Shown here: one piece after another, positions 47,351 to 64,000 of the stretch
Numbering within the stretch: position 1 is the stretch's first letter
How the letters are laid out: each line of letters starts with the position of its first letter
Origin: Podospora anserina
Lineage: Eukaryota
Assembly: GCA_017654855.1 (NCBI GenBank)
Contig: CM030332.1
Coordinates: forward strand, 1,798,001-1,862,000
Length of the DNA stretch: 64,000 bases
Direction of reading: 5' to 3'
Notes under the pieces: generated by a model
Databases searched by the model: none
What the model was told of the DNA's origin: nothing
Seen by the model: only the letters and a program-made list of their open reading frames with translations
Translations under genes and position numbers: made by a program

Positions 47351-48714
47351 TTAGAACTTGTCCCAGTTCTTGTCAAACACCTTCAGCGTAGCCTCAGCAA
47401 CCTTGTCACCGAGCTTCAAACCCTCCGTGCCAGCAAACTTGAAGTGAATCTATCACCAAAAGGTCAGTCAGCCACATCCATCAAAACACAATCCTGGTTC
47501 CGGGAAACTTACACCACCAAACTGCCTGCTGATACTGTTCTCCTCATTCGCAAACTGCACACTCGTGTACCGCCTTGTAATCACACCCCTATTATCCAGA
47601 GTAACATTGCTACTCCACGTGGCATCGATCCTGTCCCCCTTATTCCACGCCTTGATCACATGCGCCGCGGCGCTCCCAAAAGTAGAGTGGGTAGATACAT
47701 AGTCCGGGTGGGAAGGAGTAGGTCTCAAGAGGGGAACCCAGTTGGTATCAGTCTCGTTCCTCCCCGACTTGAGCCAAACATCAGGGTAGTGAACGGCCGT
47801 GACCGGACGCCAGCCTTGGTAGGCGTACTTGACGTCCCAGGAGGCGAAGCCGGCGTTGGCGATGGCGTAGTTGAGCTGGGCGTAGAACTTGGCCGACTCG
47901 AGGGGTTTCTTGTCGAGCTTGGAGCCGACGATGGCGCCGGCGAAGCGGTTCCAGCCCGTGACGGAGGACTCGCGCCAGAAGTAGGCCGTGTCGGTATCGT
48001 AGGCGGAGCGGTTGGCGGAATTGACAGCGCCGACGGACTTGACGAACAAAAAGTCGGCTTCGTACTCGGCCGAGTTGGTCTTGGGAGGGGGAGGGGAGCG
48101 GAAGCGGGTGATGTCGCCCAGGGCGGCAAATGGGCGGGTGAAGCGGGTTTGGGGGGTGTCTGGGAGGGGAGCGCCGCCGGGGGTGGGCTGGTAGACTCCG
48201 GGCTGCTTCGGGCCGAAGGTGAAGTCGACAAAGTTGACGAGATTGTCGTCGGCGCGAGCCTTTGCTACCTTGGCGGCGGCAGCTTGGCCGATCTTAGCGG
48301 CTTGCTTGCCCTTGCTGGAGTTGGGGTCGAGACCGATGATGGGGATGACGGCGCGGAGAGCGGCGTCAACGGGGGCGTACTGGCGGGAGCCATGGTAGAC
48401 CCAGAGGATGGCGTCGTGAGCGGCGTGGGAGATGGCGAGCTGTTGGAACTCGAGACTCTCACGCTTGGAGTTCACGGCTGCTTCGTAGACGGCACCCTGG
48501 ACGACGGCTGTGTACCAACCGGAGGGAGGGGAAGAAAGACCACCGGTGGCATTAACTACCACGGCGGACTGGTCAACCCTAGAAGAGATGTCAGACTGTA
48601 ATCAACTACCATCCCAGAGGGTGAGATATCGTACCAGTAGTAGACAATATCCGTCGGAAAAGCCGCATTGACAACACCCACGACCGCGGCAACGGTCCCG
48701 AGGGAGAGCTTCAT
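47351..48714 (-). CDS. Secreted PAP2-superfamily acid phosphatase / vanadium-dependent haloperoxidase
   Basis: Signal peptide; KYAYQGWRP, PTPSHPDYVSTH and SRQFGG|IHF motifs. Introns 48579-48634 and 47450-47512. Confidence 0.88.
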
Positions 48715-50827
48715 GTTGTATCAAGGCGTCAACTGACAGCTACAAGATACTGGTGGATTGATGAACACAGATGAAGGATGGTGGCCAGAATGCAGGAACC
48801 CGCGATGCACTGCCTTACCTGGAACTCGACTGTTGATCCAGATGAGGGATGCTTATGGACCCGGATGATAGCCTGCATTTATACAGGCCGTCTGCAACCA
48901 GGAATCATCGTGTTATTGTTGACATCTAAGTCACCATCGTGGCCGTGGCATGGTTGGGTGTTGCTGCGGAGTGACGAATGGCGTCAGCTGCAACTCTGAT
49001 TACTCGAAAATCAATACTTTCGGGATCGAGGACGAACGTGCTTGCTGGGTGGTCGGTATTTGTCTTGTTTCCTGCCATATTGGGCGTCCTTGGCAGTGCA
49101 ACTGTGCCTGCGCCTGCATCGTGTTTGGTGGTTGTCCATTCATACAGGCTGTTTGCCGTTGCGGTCGGCGAGCCGGAGTGCACCCCGCGGTATGGCGACA
49201 TCTGCGGCGTTTATTTGTGCTGATTTATAAGGTAGATCATAATACAACAACACCGCGCAGGGGATATCATCGTGAATCTCAACAATCATGCTGGTCTGTC
49301 GCCATCTGCCCAGACATGTTGTTGATGGGAGACCCCCACGATATGTTGATCTCAGAGAACGCTTCTGAGGGTTGGCATCGCGTGCGCAAGTACGCTTTGC
49401 TTTTGTAAAATGAACGAGGATGCAACTCGGTGTGATTATTCACCATGTCGCCATGGCTCGGTCTAGATCGTGGGGGGGTGCTGTTGATCGATCAAATGAG
49501 ATCTGGGGTCCTTGCTGATTGGCTGCTGATTCCGTCATCCACTCAGTATCGTGGACCGTGTTTCAAATACTAGGAAGGCATCAATGTTTGTATCAACACT
49601 TGAGGTTGAAGGTGCCTGTTGGGTTCTTACGTGAATATTGATGTCTACCCCATATTCCATGCAAAAAGGTGCTTGATTCCACGGTGCCGTGGGATAAGCT
49701 ACCTTTTCCTGTGTCTGCATCGTAGCAGGAACGCATCTCCCAACAATTTATGGACTCGTCTCAGAGCGCTTACGCTGTCATGATTGTAAGAATATTGAAT
49801 TTCACTTTGGTGATTCACAAACCTCCACGTGGATGAGGGGGTCAGGCCGCGCCTTCCACACTACCTGCCTTCCATACCTACCAGCGACCTGAGACCAGTC
49901 CCGTATCTTTCGCCTTGATGGTTTCAAGTGATGATCTTTTTTTTCATGCTTTGTGTATATATTCCATGTGCTATTCCCTGACCTGGCGCTTCCATGAGCT
50001 TACGATACAATTTGACCACCTTATTTCTGGATCCCGGTAGTTGCCTTCAACTGGGCTGTCACCTTCTTCCCCGCTCCCAGTACCGTCCGACCCAGACTCG
50101 CCAACCAAGAGCCACACGGGACAATCAGTCAACTTACCTTGGTCTCCTGGTACCTTTACCATGGATAGAGTTCCGAGTCAAGGAAGAATGCAACTGCCGC
50201 GGCACGAGAATATCAAACAGGTCGAGCTCCTCTCTTGTAGATTGTCACTAGAGGACCAAGCGCCAAGATGGGCGTATTGGAGCAGAGATATAAGGGTATT
50301 CAGATTGCTTCAATAAGACTGCAGCAAGCTCTTAGCTGCTCACAACTGACAGCTTTAGCCGGGCCAACCAGGATTGCCGTCTGCTTCATTTGACCCCGAC
50401 CAAATCCTGGATCGGCGACATGTGGGAACCATGTGGTGCTCTCCGCATCTGCAAGGCGTAAGTATGAGCGGGCTGGAAGGCAAATACCGTGCAGATAAAT
50501 GAGGTAGAGAACTGTAGATGGTATGTAAATTGATTGGTTTGCTTATTGTGGCCTGACTGACAGGTGGGCTAGACAGCTCAAGGGTCCTGGCATTTAGCCT
50601 CATACTATCGACAATGGCCGTATCAGAGGCACTTTTCATATGCATTTCTAACTTATCCATCGTCTTCATCCATAGCGTTACACTGCTCCCCACAATGATC
50701 CCTTTCATTCGGTACTTGAATATTCTCCGTCAAAGGCCTTTGACAGGGTGATAAAGCCCACAGCACCTGTCATGTCACAGAGAGCTTTCTGGTGTTGATT
50801 TGGCCTCCAACCACGTCAGCCTTCACT

Positions 50828-52672
50828 ATGAAGATACCCACGAATACAGTGCTCCCATTTGCAGCATGGGCTGCACCGAGAGCATCAATCAAGGGCGTGC
50901 CGGACGTTCTGACCAAGTCTGCCCAAGACGTCATCCAGGCCGCTGGCGCCAGCGCATCTTGCGAGTGGTTCACCCAACCGATAGATCACAGCAACCCTGA
51001 GCTTGGAACATGGCAGCAATTATATTGCGTAAACCCTGCCAAATGGGGAGGCCCCGGGTCGCCTGTGGTTCTCATGACCCCTGGCGAGACCCCAATCTGG
51101 GGGTCCATCACGCCTAGCCGAGGTTACAGCTTTCTGGATAACACAACGATGACCGGATTATACGCACAGGCCATTGGGGCGGCAACCGTTGTGATCGAGC
51201 GTAAGATTCTGATCTGACAATGTCTCTTCTGCCTTCGCTAACGTACTATGTCCCCCAGACCGATACTTTGGCGGATCTTCGCCATACGATGGCTTCGATG
51301 CCGAGACTCTACAGTATCTCACAATGGACCAAGCAGCCATGGACATGGTCAACTTTGCCCAGAATGTTGTCTTCCCTTTCGAAGACGGCAAAACAAGTGT
51401 GGCTACCAAGGTGCCGTGGGTTTGGTTTGGGACATCCTACGCGGCAACGCTGGGCAGCTGGATTGAACACACCTATCCTGGCGTGTTTTACGCGTTCCAT
51501 CTTAGCAGCGCTATCGTGCAAGCAAACACCGAGAACTGGTACTACTACGACACTATCCGAAAAGGAATCGATTCTTACAGGGGAGACACACGCTGCACTG
51601 TTGCGTTGAATGAGGTTTCAGAATATGTCGACAAGTACTTGCTGGCTTCGAACCGGAACGAGACGGAAGTGCAGGCGCTCAAGCTATTGTTCGGTGCGTC
51701 ATTCCCGATTGAGGATGACGACTTTGCCTAGTATGCCACATCTCTTCCTTCTTGGGTGTCCTTGCTGACCATTTGCAGTGCTATTGCGACGCCGTTCCGC
51801 TACTGGCAAGAAACCAACGGTTACCGCGATATCTTGGAGATGTGCGATGCTATCGTCGGCTCAAATGAGTCGGAAGAAAACGACGTTCTGGGAACTGTTC
51901 CTGGCTCTGTCGGGAACTACGCTGCATACTTTAGGATGAATTTCAGACAGTCAAGTAACGAACCCGCACATCCCCCTTGAAGGGAGGACTGCTAACACTG
52001 CCACAGCTTGCGAGTATCTCAACACCTGGGGACAGGAGGATCCCCTCTGGTGCCTCAACACACATTACGAGTGGAATCCCTATTTCATTGCGAGAACCCT
52101 CGGGAACCCTTGGCGCACCTGGTACTGGTTCTTGTGCAATGAGCCGATTGCATCCTGGGCCACAGGTGCACCAAAGGAGTCGCTCTCGATGGTGTCACGA
52201 AAAATTGATGCTCAGTACTGGCAAAGACAGTGCGAGCTTCACTTCCCGGCTACACATGGCGAGAAGTATGGCAGCGCCAAGGGCAAGACACCTACCACTC
52301 TGAACGAAGAGACTGGTGGCTGGCTGCGGAACTCGACGCGTGTGATCTGGACGAGCGGGTGCGTGATTGTCCTTCTTCTTTGTCAGCTTAACGGTACTGA
52401 ATACTGACACCAAATCTAGTGAATTTGACCCCTGGAGAGGAACGAGCATGTCCAGCGAAATCCGAACAGGCGGTGTGCTGCAGTCCACCGACAGCGTTTC
52501 GGTCTTCCTCATCAAGAACGCTGTGCACGGCGATGACGCATTCACCACTCGTGCGCTTGGGAACCTCAACATTAAGCCTAACCCAGAGGTTGTGAAGGTG
52601 CAGGAGCAGTCTGTTTTGATTGTGAAGAAGTGGGTGGCTGAGTATTATGCGAAGCAGAGCAGCCAGAAATAG
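50828..52672 (+). CDS. Serine peptidase family S28 (about 4 introns)
   Basis: FTQPIDH..TWQQLY, PVVLMTPGE, E|RYFGGSSP, LTMDQA, PWVWFGTSYAA, WYWFLCNE, EFDPWR, HGDD. Confidence 0.88.
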
Positions 52673-53081
52673 GGGGTAGCCGTCTCTGTTTTTGATTCGA
52701 GCAGCAAGTAGTTGTTGAATTGTGAATCAGTGTCCCGTTCATCTTAAAGTACCATATCGATAAAGAGCTTGGGCATGAAGATCTCCACAACTGCTTTGCC
52801 TCACTTTTGCAAGATTCACAACTTCAAGCTGTGTTTACCAGAGATCCAAACCTCACTGAATGGGATGAGGACTGGCACTGGGAGTGGTCACTGGCTCCAC
52901 GGCTGTTCACCCTTAAGTATCTTTCGGGCAGTTTGGGTCCACAACGGCAGTAGGGGCCTATATGGAGCGCCTTCCACAGTGCTGAGAAGACATCCCACCA
53001 ATGACAGTGACTTATTGGGATGAGATTGCCAACACTGAACAGTGTCTCTTACCCTACGGCGGCAAAGAGACCACCCCGTCC

Positions 53082-54578
53082 TCATTCCATCACCAACACA
53101 TTCCTAAACCTCGGCTTCCCCCCCTTCATCCCCTCAAACGCCTCATTCACCCTATCCAACCCAAACCTTTCGACGAAACACCTCACCCCATTCCTCTTCG
53201 CAAACGACACCGCCTCCTCCCCATCCACCGCCGTCCCCGTCGACCACCCACTAACCGAGACCGCCTTCGTCACCATCAAAAAAGTATCAAACTCCACCCC
53301 CCCAACCGGCGCTAAAACCACCATCCTCCCAAAATTCGCCAAACCCCCCAGCAACCCCCCAATAGCCTTCGCACTAGGCGCCGTACTAACAATCACCTTC
53401 GCCCCTCCCATCTCCTGCAACCTCTCCACCGGATCCTCAACCAGCGAATCGATATACCCATCCGCCCCCAACTCCCCCATCACCAACTCCTTCTTGTCAC
53501 TCCCCGTCGAGACTCCGATAGTCTTGTACCCCATAGCCTTGGAGTACTGCACCGCCAGATGGCCCAACCCTCCGACGCCCTGGACGGCAACGACGGCTTC
53601 CTCCCCGGGGATGATCCCGCTGTGGCGGAGGGCGTTGAACACGGTCGTGCCGGCGCAGAGGAAAGGAGCCGTGGAGGCGGGGTCGGCGTCGAGGGGGATG
53701 CGCGAGACGGCTTCGTGGCGGAGGAGACAGTATTCCGCGTAACCGCCGTTCATGGAGACGCCGTTGATGGCTTCGTTGGCGCAGTACTGGTGGGCGCCTT
53801 TGACGCAGGAGGGGCAGGTGCCGTCGTGGCCTGGGGGCGGGGGTGGGGGGGTGTCAATGAAGGAGGCAAGATAGGGAAAAGGGGGTGATGGAGAAGGGAA
53901 AAGGGGGTGATGGAGAGGGGCGAGAAGGGTGAAATGGGGTAATGTGCTAAAGTGGGAATGTGACAAATGTGCAAAAGGGCAGGATAACAACCTCCACAAT
54001 GGGAAAAGTAAATTTGGCAGGAACAAAGAAAGGGAAGGAGCGTCAACCAAAGACCGTAAGGGAAAGAGCAATCAACGAGAGGAAAGAACGACGCAACAAA
54101 ATACCACAACAGAAAAATACTTACCACCATGCCATCCGCCCCCGACCCTCTCCCCAAGACTAAACCCCTTCACCCCTTCCCCCAGCGCAGCAACCTCCCC
54201 GATGATCTCGTGTCCCAAAATCCTTGGAAACGACGTCGGGATTATCCCCGCCGCGACGAAGGCATCAGTGTGGCAGATCCCACATGCCAGCACCTTCACT
54301 AGAATCTGGCCTGGAGCAGGGGGGATTAAGGGCAAGGACTGCAGCTCCAGAGGCTGGTTCAGTCCCGTGAGCACAGCTGCCCGGAATGTTTTAGGGAGGT
54401 TACCGATTGCGGACATGGTGGATAGTGTTGATAAATCCCGTCGGGTTGGCGAGTGATATGGAAACGATGCTTGGAAGTCCGAGATGCAATTGAGAGGTTT
54501 GCGGACGTGCACCGGATGGAGGCGGAGACAGGAGGAGATGAAGGTGCGGGCATGGGGGCTTTTGTAAAGGGTGGCCAT
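53082..54578 (-). CDS. Zinc-dependent alcohol dehydrogenase (MDR); start at 54578 or 54416
   Basis: CGICHTD, GHE, WHGG|HDGTCPSC..C, LCAGTT, GVGGLG. 294-bp intron 53831-54124. Confidence 0.92.
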
Positions 54579-55190
54579 TGCGAGCGAGTTTCTGGTGTTT
54601 GTCGTCGGATAGGGTCTATCTTGTAGATTAGGTGCTTACTCAGTTTGTCGCACTTGATCCGCGGACTTCGGCTTGGTTGCTGGATGGAGGCGAAAAGTTG
54701 GAGGGACATATTGGACGTTGCGGGCTGGTAATCGTCAGGCTGATGTCATGGCATTGGGTGTTCAGTAAACATCTTCCTAGTATTTCCTAAACCGCAGTTT
54801 TCGGTACACCTTTTTTATTTCATTACAACCTACTAATCTCCAGATCTTAGCAAGATATTTGATGTCTGTTGTTCCCTAGTAGTACGGTGAGGAGAGTATA
54901 GTAGGCTGAGGTGGCGGACAATCGGATCGTCATGGGGAAAGCTGATAGCCCAAGTGGGAGGAACAATGACAAGCTCTCGTGCTGTTAAAAAGAGCTCTTG
55001 GAACACTGAAGATGCCAGCGGTAGATAGGTAGTCATTACTGCAGGTGCTGACTGTAATCTACGGAAAGAAACCATGTTTAGTGATCGTCCCGCCGGAGGA
55101 ACCCTAACCCTGGTCCTTTTGCGTCCAAGCCACTCAGGGGTAATTCAGGGGTTACACCAGGTGGATCCACCTCTTAGCGAGGACAAAGGT

Positions 55191-57589
55191 TTACCCATCT
55201 TGATCATACACATTCCGAATGAACCCATCCGCCTCCTTAATAATATGGACGCTTTGATCCACGCTGGGTGAACTTGGTCCCCCAGCAACTTCCTGCCAAC
55301 CCTCCAACAACTGGGTGAGGTGATGTCCTGCAGCCAAGACTTCTGGTCCGATGAGGTTGCGTAACGATGGCACTTGACATGCGGCAAGAAGGACAAGCAT
55401 TGCCCCGGCCATTCTAGTGGTGTATTAGCTGGAGCATACTTACTAGCGGTTGTGACTTACGACAGAGAACAAATCCAGGTGTCTACGAGGATTGTTTGGG
55501 AAAAACCTCGCAGATTGAGGATGTGAAGGAGGCAGGCGTCGAGACAGGACTTGCAATTGCCGAGGATGCCCTGGTTCGGTGATACAGAAGGACTGGTGTT
55601 CCCGATTCGGTCATGGATATTAGTGAGGGGCTGCCCGCTGAGCATCCCCATCAGGTACCTATCACAAAGTGAGAGACGTCCAGACGAGACAAAAGCGGCG
55701 TAACTTACGGTCGATATATCACACTTCGGCAAGTCAGGTATCTCTGCCTCAGAAACCTCCCATGTTCAGTCATTTCGCCAGACGGCTTCCGCTGTCGCCT
55801 AGAGTCGATTTCCGGCACCTCAAACGTAAAAGCGCTAGGAAGAACGTCTCTCCACTCCTCCAACTGGTGGTCCAGTTCCGCAACCACGCTGGGAAATCGA
55901 TTGATGTCCATTCCCGCACCAGTATCCTTTGCGTATAAAAGCTGATGTACTCGATTCAGCAGCCGTCTCATCGAAATGCATGCCAGGAAGTACAAGGACG
56001 ACAGCTCCTCGTCCTTGGGTGACTCATGGGTGTGATACGTGCCCACCGGCAGTGAGACTGAAGACTCAATTCTGGCAATGCCCGATAGTGGTACGTGGGA
56101 CAGCTCAGCTAGATAATCCGATTCGAGAATGTAGCAAGCCCAAAAGATTCTTTTTGTTCTTTCCTCGTCTTCAGCACCGACGTTCCTTGGACTTGGCAGG
56201 TGTGTGTTCGATGACTGTATGTAAGGCGACGAGGTGGAGGGGACTGAATCTGCGTAGGACAACAGCAACATGCATTTTGACGATGCTGACGAGATGCACT
56301 GCCATGCTTGGAGAGGACGCCGGAGGAAAGCAAAGTAGATGCTGCCAAACCCAGGTCTTTAGTCAGCGCGAGATTGAAATGAGTGGAGGACACACTTACG
56401 CAGTGAAGAACAAACACTGAGCTGATGTTGAGCTTACATCAGTTTGAGCCACATAAAGCATTTTCAGTGCTTTTTCAAAGAAGAGGTCGCCCCTAGAGCG
56501 AGCAGAAGCCTTTTCTTCTTTCTCTTTCGAATCCGGTGACCGTGGACTGTTCACCAGTCTCGAGGTGACCTTGCTCGCATAGCCCAATGCTAACGTCAAC
56601 AATGCTAGGCAAGTCTCTGGCGTGTCCTCCTCTTCATGGCAACCACCCAGCATTGTCTGCTTCGTTTTTGCCAGTTGATGCAGTGACATTGTTGGGTACC
56701 AAAAGTTGAAGTTTTGGGAAAAGGCATCCAGGATTGCATCTATTTCCTCTTCTGGGAGATTGCACGATGCATCGTCAGACCACTGGCTTTTGACTTTCAG
56801 CGGGTGGCGCGACCTTTCCAACTCGAAGATTGGTATGTAATGCTGTCGAAGACTGGGAAACGCATCAAAGTGTGGCCAGTGCAACACGGACTCAGTCGTC
56901 GATGTGTGCCAGGATTCGAGCACTGCATTTTCGAGTTCGTTGGGGGTAGGAGTTGTCGGACTCACCCCATACTGGCCAATACTTCTAGTACGTTGACGAC
57001 TGAGTGTTTGGTGATGTGTATGCAGGTCACTCAGAGGACTGCTGGAGAAGCTTGTGGTTCGTGTTGATGCCGTTTGGGTTGAGCTTGTCATTGACTGCAG
57101 CGACATCTGGAACATGTCAGACAAATGGACTCGAGTCTGCCCATCCGAGACTCGAGTAGACCTACGAGATTGGCGTTCATTTTATGCAGGAAGGTTTCCA
57201 AACGTAACACTCCATCCAATATCAAGTCGCTCTTCCCTCTCCTTGATTCACACTGTCAGCTTTTCCAACATCTAGTATTCTGCTGTGCAAAAAGTGCTAC
57301 TGACGAATTGGCCTCGGAGCCATATGTGCAGTCATTTTCGGTCGAAGCACATGCCACGCAAGGATCTTTCCCATCACATCTGAATTTCGTAACCTGTGAG
57401 CAACTGTCTCTACTCTGGGTTTGGAACCCACACACCGGGGATCTCACCTGATTTTTCGTGCTCGGCACAGGTCACACTTCCACTTCATCAGCCCAGGCTG
57501 GCGGAGTAAGCAAGACAGTTAACACTCACCGCATGGGATGTACGAAGCCTCTTCCTCGCAGGTTCCCCTGCGTGGACGTAGTCGATCAT
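55191..57589 (-). CDS. Zn(II)2Cys6 transcription factor (multi-exon)
   Basis: Spliced RKRLRTSHA|CDLCRARKIR|CDGKDPCVACASTENDCTY; middle homology region RIFWACYILES, YFLACISMRRLLNR, ELDHQLEEWR. Confidence 0.9.
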
Positions 57590-58023
57590 GATTGCAGAGG
57601 ACTCATGCACCCCGAAGCGGACCAAGAGGTATCCCAGCACTTAGTAACGTTGGAGAAAACTGGGTCTTGGACTGGAAACTGGGGAGACATGGGCCCTTAA
57701 GCTTATTTTGCATGTGCTGCGGAGAAAGCGGGGATAGCAAGGGTAAATCGAGAATCGCTTGTTATCCTGGGTGGTATTGAAGAAATATTCCGAAAACCTT
57801 AAGCGCACCCTGATCACCTCGGGGGATTTTGGTCCGTTCCCGAGTTGACAACCAGTCGGCACAATCACATTCCCTCCCCTACAGGTATACATTATGTTAG
57901 TATCAAAACCTCTCCTATAGGCTTTTTTGTGCAACTCCTCTGTCAGATTATGGTTCAAGAACTAGGTACCTAGGTACATACTCATTCAATACCAGCAGCT
58001 CGGCTCCTACATGTTTCACAATC

Positions 58024-59695
58024 CTAAGGTTCATGATCAAGTTCCGATGCTGGGTTTGCGCCGACCGTGTTGAGAACAGTTTGGGCACTTCTCTTCTCCA
58101 AACTCTTCTTGACCGGGTTAGGGGCAGAAAACACCTCTTCCAATTCCTCCAATGTTCTGTCTTTGGTCTCTGGAAACAGGAAGTAGATGAATGCTGCCTC
58201 AAAAAGATCCCAGAACACAAAAACCAAGTAGAAGTAATAACCAATCTTCTCAAAGGCAGGGCCAGAAGCGTACTGCAAAATCGTTGATGCAGCAGCCGAG
58301 GAGAAATTCCCAACGGCGGTTCCTTTGGCTCGTGTCGATGTAGGAAGGCACTCTGAAATGTACATGCTTTGAAGGGGTGTCCAACCAAATGAGAAGACAA
58401 TTCCGAATATGAAGATGAAGGCGATGGTGGTGTTGGCAGCTGCTACTTGGGTCGGATCATCAGTAGCCATTTTGCTGGTGCCTGTGATGATGGCAAAGCA
58501 AACAGAAGCAAACACAATCGTGTAGAGCAGCAGCGCTCGCCGGCCAATGACGTCTGACATGCGAGCGCCAAGAACAGCTCCGAAGAGCGACAGCACGGGG
58601 TTGATACCGTTGAGCGCCAGCACTCGCTGCTCTTGCACAATACCTGCGGACTCCAGCATTGTGACCATGTAATAAGACGACAACGAATTGCCGCTGATCT
58701 GGCCAAAGATGCCCATCCCGAGAACGCAAATCAGACGCCGTCGTGCGGAATGAGTGTTCCACAATTCATGATAATCGTACCACTTCTTATCGGACGCCTC
58801 GGAGGAAATTTGGTTCATCATCTCCTTGATTTGTAACTGGACAATGGGGTGATCGGTCCGCCCTTCTCCATGGTAAACGGCCAAGACGTGGAGTGCATCC
58901 TCGTGTCTGTCTTGGGCCACCAGCCATCTTGGACTTTCTGGCAACCAGAATACACCCAGACAGACTAAACCAGAAGTCACCATCTGGCACCAAATCGGAA
59001 TGCGCCAAGCATCGAGCGTGCCAATGTAGGAGCAACCGTAGACTGTCCATGAGGCGATGATACTCCCAATGTACCACGTGCAGTTGTAGAGGCCCGTAAG
59101 AGTACCTCTCCACTTCGGATGAGCCATTTCAGACACGTAGCACGGTGCTGAAACACAGCAAAAGCTCACCCCGAATCCGAGAACGAAGCGTCCAGCGAGG
59201 AATTGACCGGGAGTTGTACTCGGTGCTTGGACACAAGTACCAATGATGATGATTATAGCCCCTGTGAACATGCCCCAGCGGCGCCCAAACCAATCGTTGA
59301 CGGGACCAGTGAAGAAGACTGCTGCGACGGAGCCGATGTTGTACATGGCGAAGACCAGGCCGGTACTCGATCCTGCTGTTTTCCTGGTGATTCAAAGTCA
59401 GTACGGTGGTGCGAGTGTCACATACAGTCCAACTGAATGTATCTTACATGTTGAAGTACTGTTGATACGACTTCATCCCGTTCAGCCCGCCCATCAGGCT
59501 CCCATCGTAGCCATTGAGACATCCGCAGAGGTAGGCTATTGCAAGTACAAGGTACAGACGTGCCATCTTTGCCGACCAAGGGGAGTATTTGGTGTCGTCG
59601 ACATCGTGGGCGAGCCGCACGGCAACGTCGGTGTCGCGGAACTTGTCATCGTGATGGTCGGCGAAAGACGCCGCCTTCTCTGTGCTCGCCGCCAT
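58024..59695 (-). CDS. MFS sugar porter, lactose/cellodextrin permease clade
   Basis: [48 protein letters not shown]. Intron 59384-59447. Confidence 0.93.
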
Positions 59696-59881
59696 ATTGT
59701 CGGCAAACTCTAATGGATTTCTTCAAGGTTAGCAATGGGAAAGGCCAAATCTTCTAGGAGAACGACGGTGGTCAGTGAAAGAAGAACTTCCACTCTTCGG
59801 GATGTGCATTGCTTTTGTGAAGCGTTTACTTCATTGTGGTATCATTGATGTGGTATCAAACCACTGCTACCTAGGTAGCTT

Positions 59882-60566
59882 CCCCGCACAGGACATCTCA
59901 TTATGGTCTTGATGCCGGAAGATCTGAAGCTTTAATGGGCCGGATATTGCCTTGCATGATTTCATGGTGGCATTGTTCGTTGAATGCCGGCGCTTGATGT
60001 ATCAGTGTAACTTAAAATTTGGTCCACCTATCCCCCGCCTATTCCACCCCCACTGAGCAGGTGCGTTGCCGTTCGGCTCCGATATCCCCGATCGATGTAA
60101 TTGGATGGGTGAATTCGTTGTTGAGATCAACCCCGCCATCTCCAACATTGAGCTCTCACCACCACCATACCTGTCCTGATCTTTGGAGGGGCTGTTTTGT
60201 TTCCTTGTATACATTCTTGCTAACCAAAATCTCCAAAGAAAACGTCTGTTCTATGTCCCTGTCTAAGGCAAGAAAGATCATCAAAGGTTGCTTGATCAAA
60301 ATAAGGCCCTTCGTGTCCTGGTATTGGCAGGGACCAAGCAAAGGCTTTCCTAAATCTACCAGACCTCTTCAATGCTTGGTCAAAATGATGTTTTACGGGG
60401 CAGCTGCATGTTGAAGCTGATTGGAGGGATATCTGTGGACAACAACAATGGGACACTGAAGATCCCCCGCATATGTTCGTCGCGCGGCACGATTTCAACC
60501 CCAATAGACCCCTCACCACCACCATTGCAACCCGTCTTCCCAAACACTTCGAGGATCTAGCTGGAG
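59882..60566. promoter_or_regulatory. Divergent promoter with clustered CreA/CRE-1-type SYGGRG sites
   Basis: CCCCGC at 59882, 60033, 60131 and 60465; CCCCAC at 60048; CTGGAG at 60561, all between the permease and beta-galactosidase starts. Confidence 0.4.
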
Positions 60567-60645
60567 GGGGTCTAGAAAAATGTCCCAGCTTCCAACAAGG
60601 GCGGCTCCTTTCCAGCTTGGAAACACGGGCCCCCAAGCAGCAAAC

Positions 60646-64000
<3,355 letters not shown>

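Noticed and set aside
48950-49408. Cys-rich ORF upstream of the haloperoxidase
   Set aside because: No signal peptide or motif; TG-rich promoter DNA explains the Cys content.
49971-50708. Possible spliced relic on the minus strand
   Set aside because: Multiple stops and no recognisable domain.
57961-57980. Palindromic TACCTAGGTA motifs (also near 37981 and 59868)
   Set aside because: Common intergenic motif in Sordariomycetes; nothing locus-specific.

Overview
Eukaryotic, intron-containing DNA from a filamentous ascomycete. Gene style, a NoxC/Nox3 gene, an N-terminally short Lys2 and RIP-like relics point to Sordariales, possibly Podospora (inferred, not provable from sequence alone). The left ~39 kb is accessory-like. 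It holds a TPR-SET gene, degraded gene relics, two previously unrecognised paralogous Cys-rich double-zinc-ribbon genes (6.7 kb and 37 kb; both need splicing, so the ORF track splits them), a secreted His-repeat protein, a truncated Spok-family (spore-killer-like) ORF, Nox3, a LysM effector and a degenerate Nudix protein. It also holds two HET pseudogenes (one split by a nested solo-LTR stack with two TSDs), a signal-peptide + SET + KDEL protein, a full-length young Ty1/copia element with identical LTRs and a probable -1 gag/pol frameshift, and tandem alpha-kinases. The right ~25 kb is mostly ordinary metabolic genes: GPI protein, GST, LYS2, PAP2/vanadium haloperoxidase, S28 peptidase, ADH, and a Zn2Cys6 TF + sugar permease + GH2 beta-galactosidase cluster. 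Many frameshifts between 28 and 36 kb fall in homopolymers and may be assembly errors. All family calls come from motif recognition by eye; no database searches were run.
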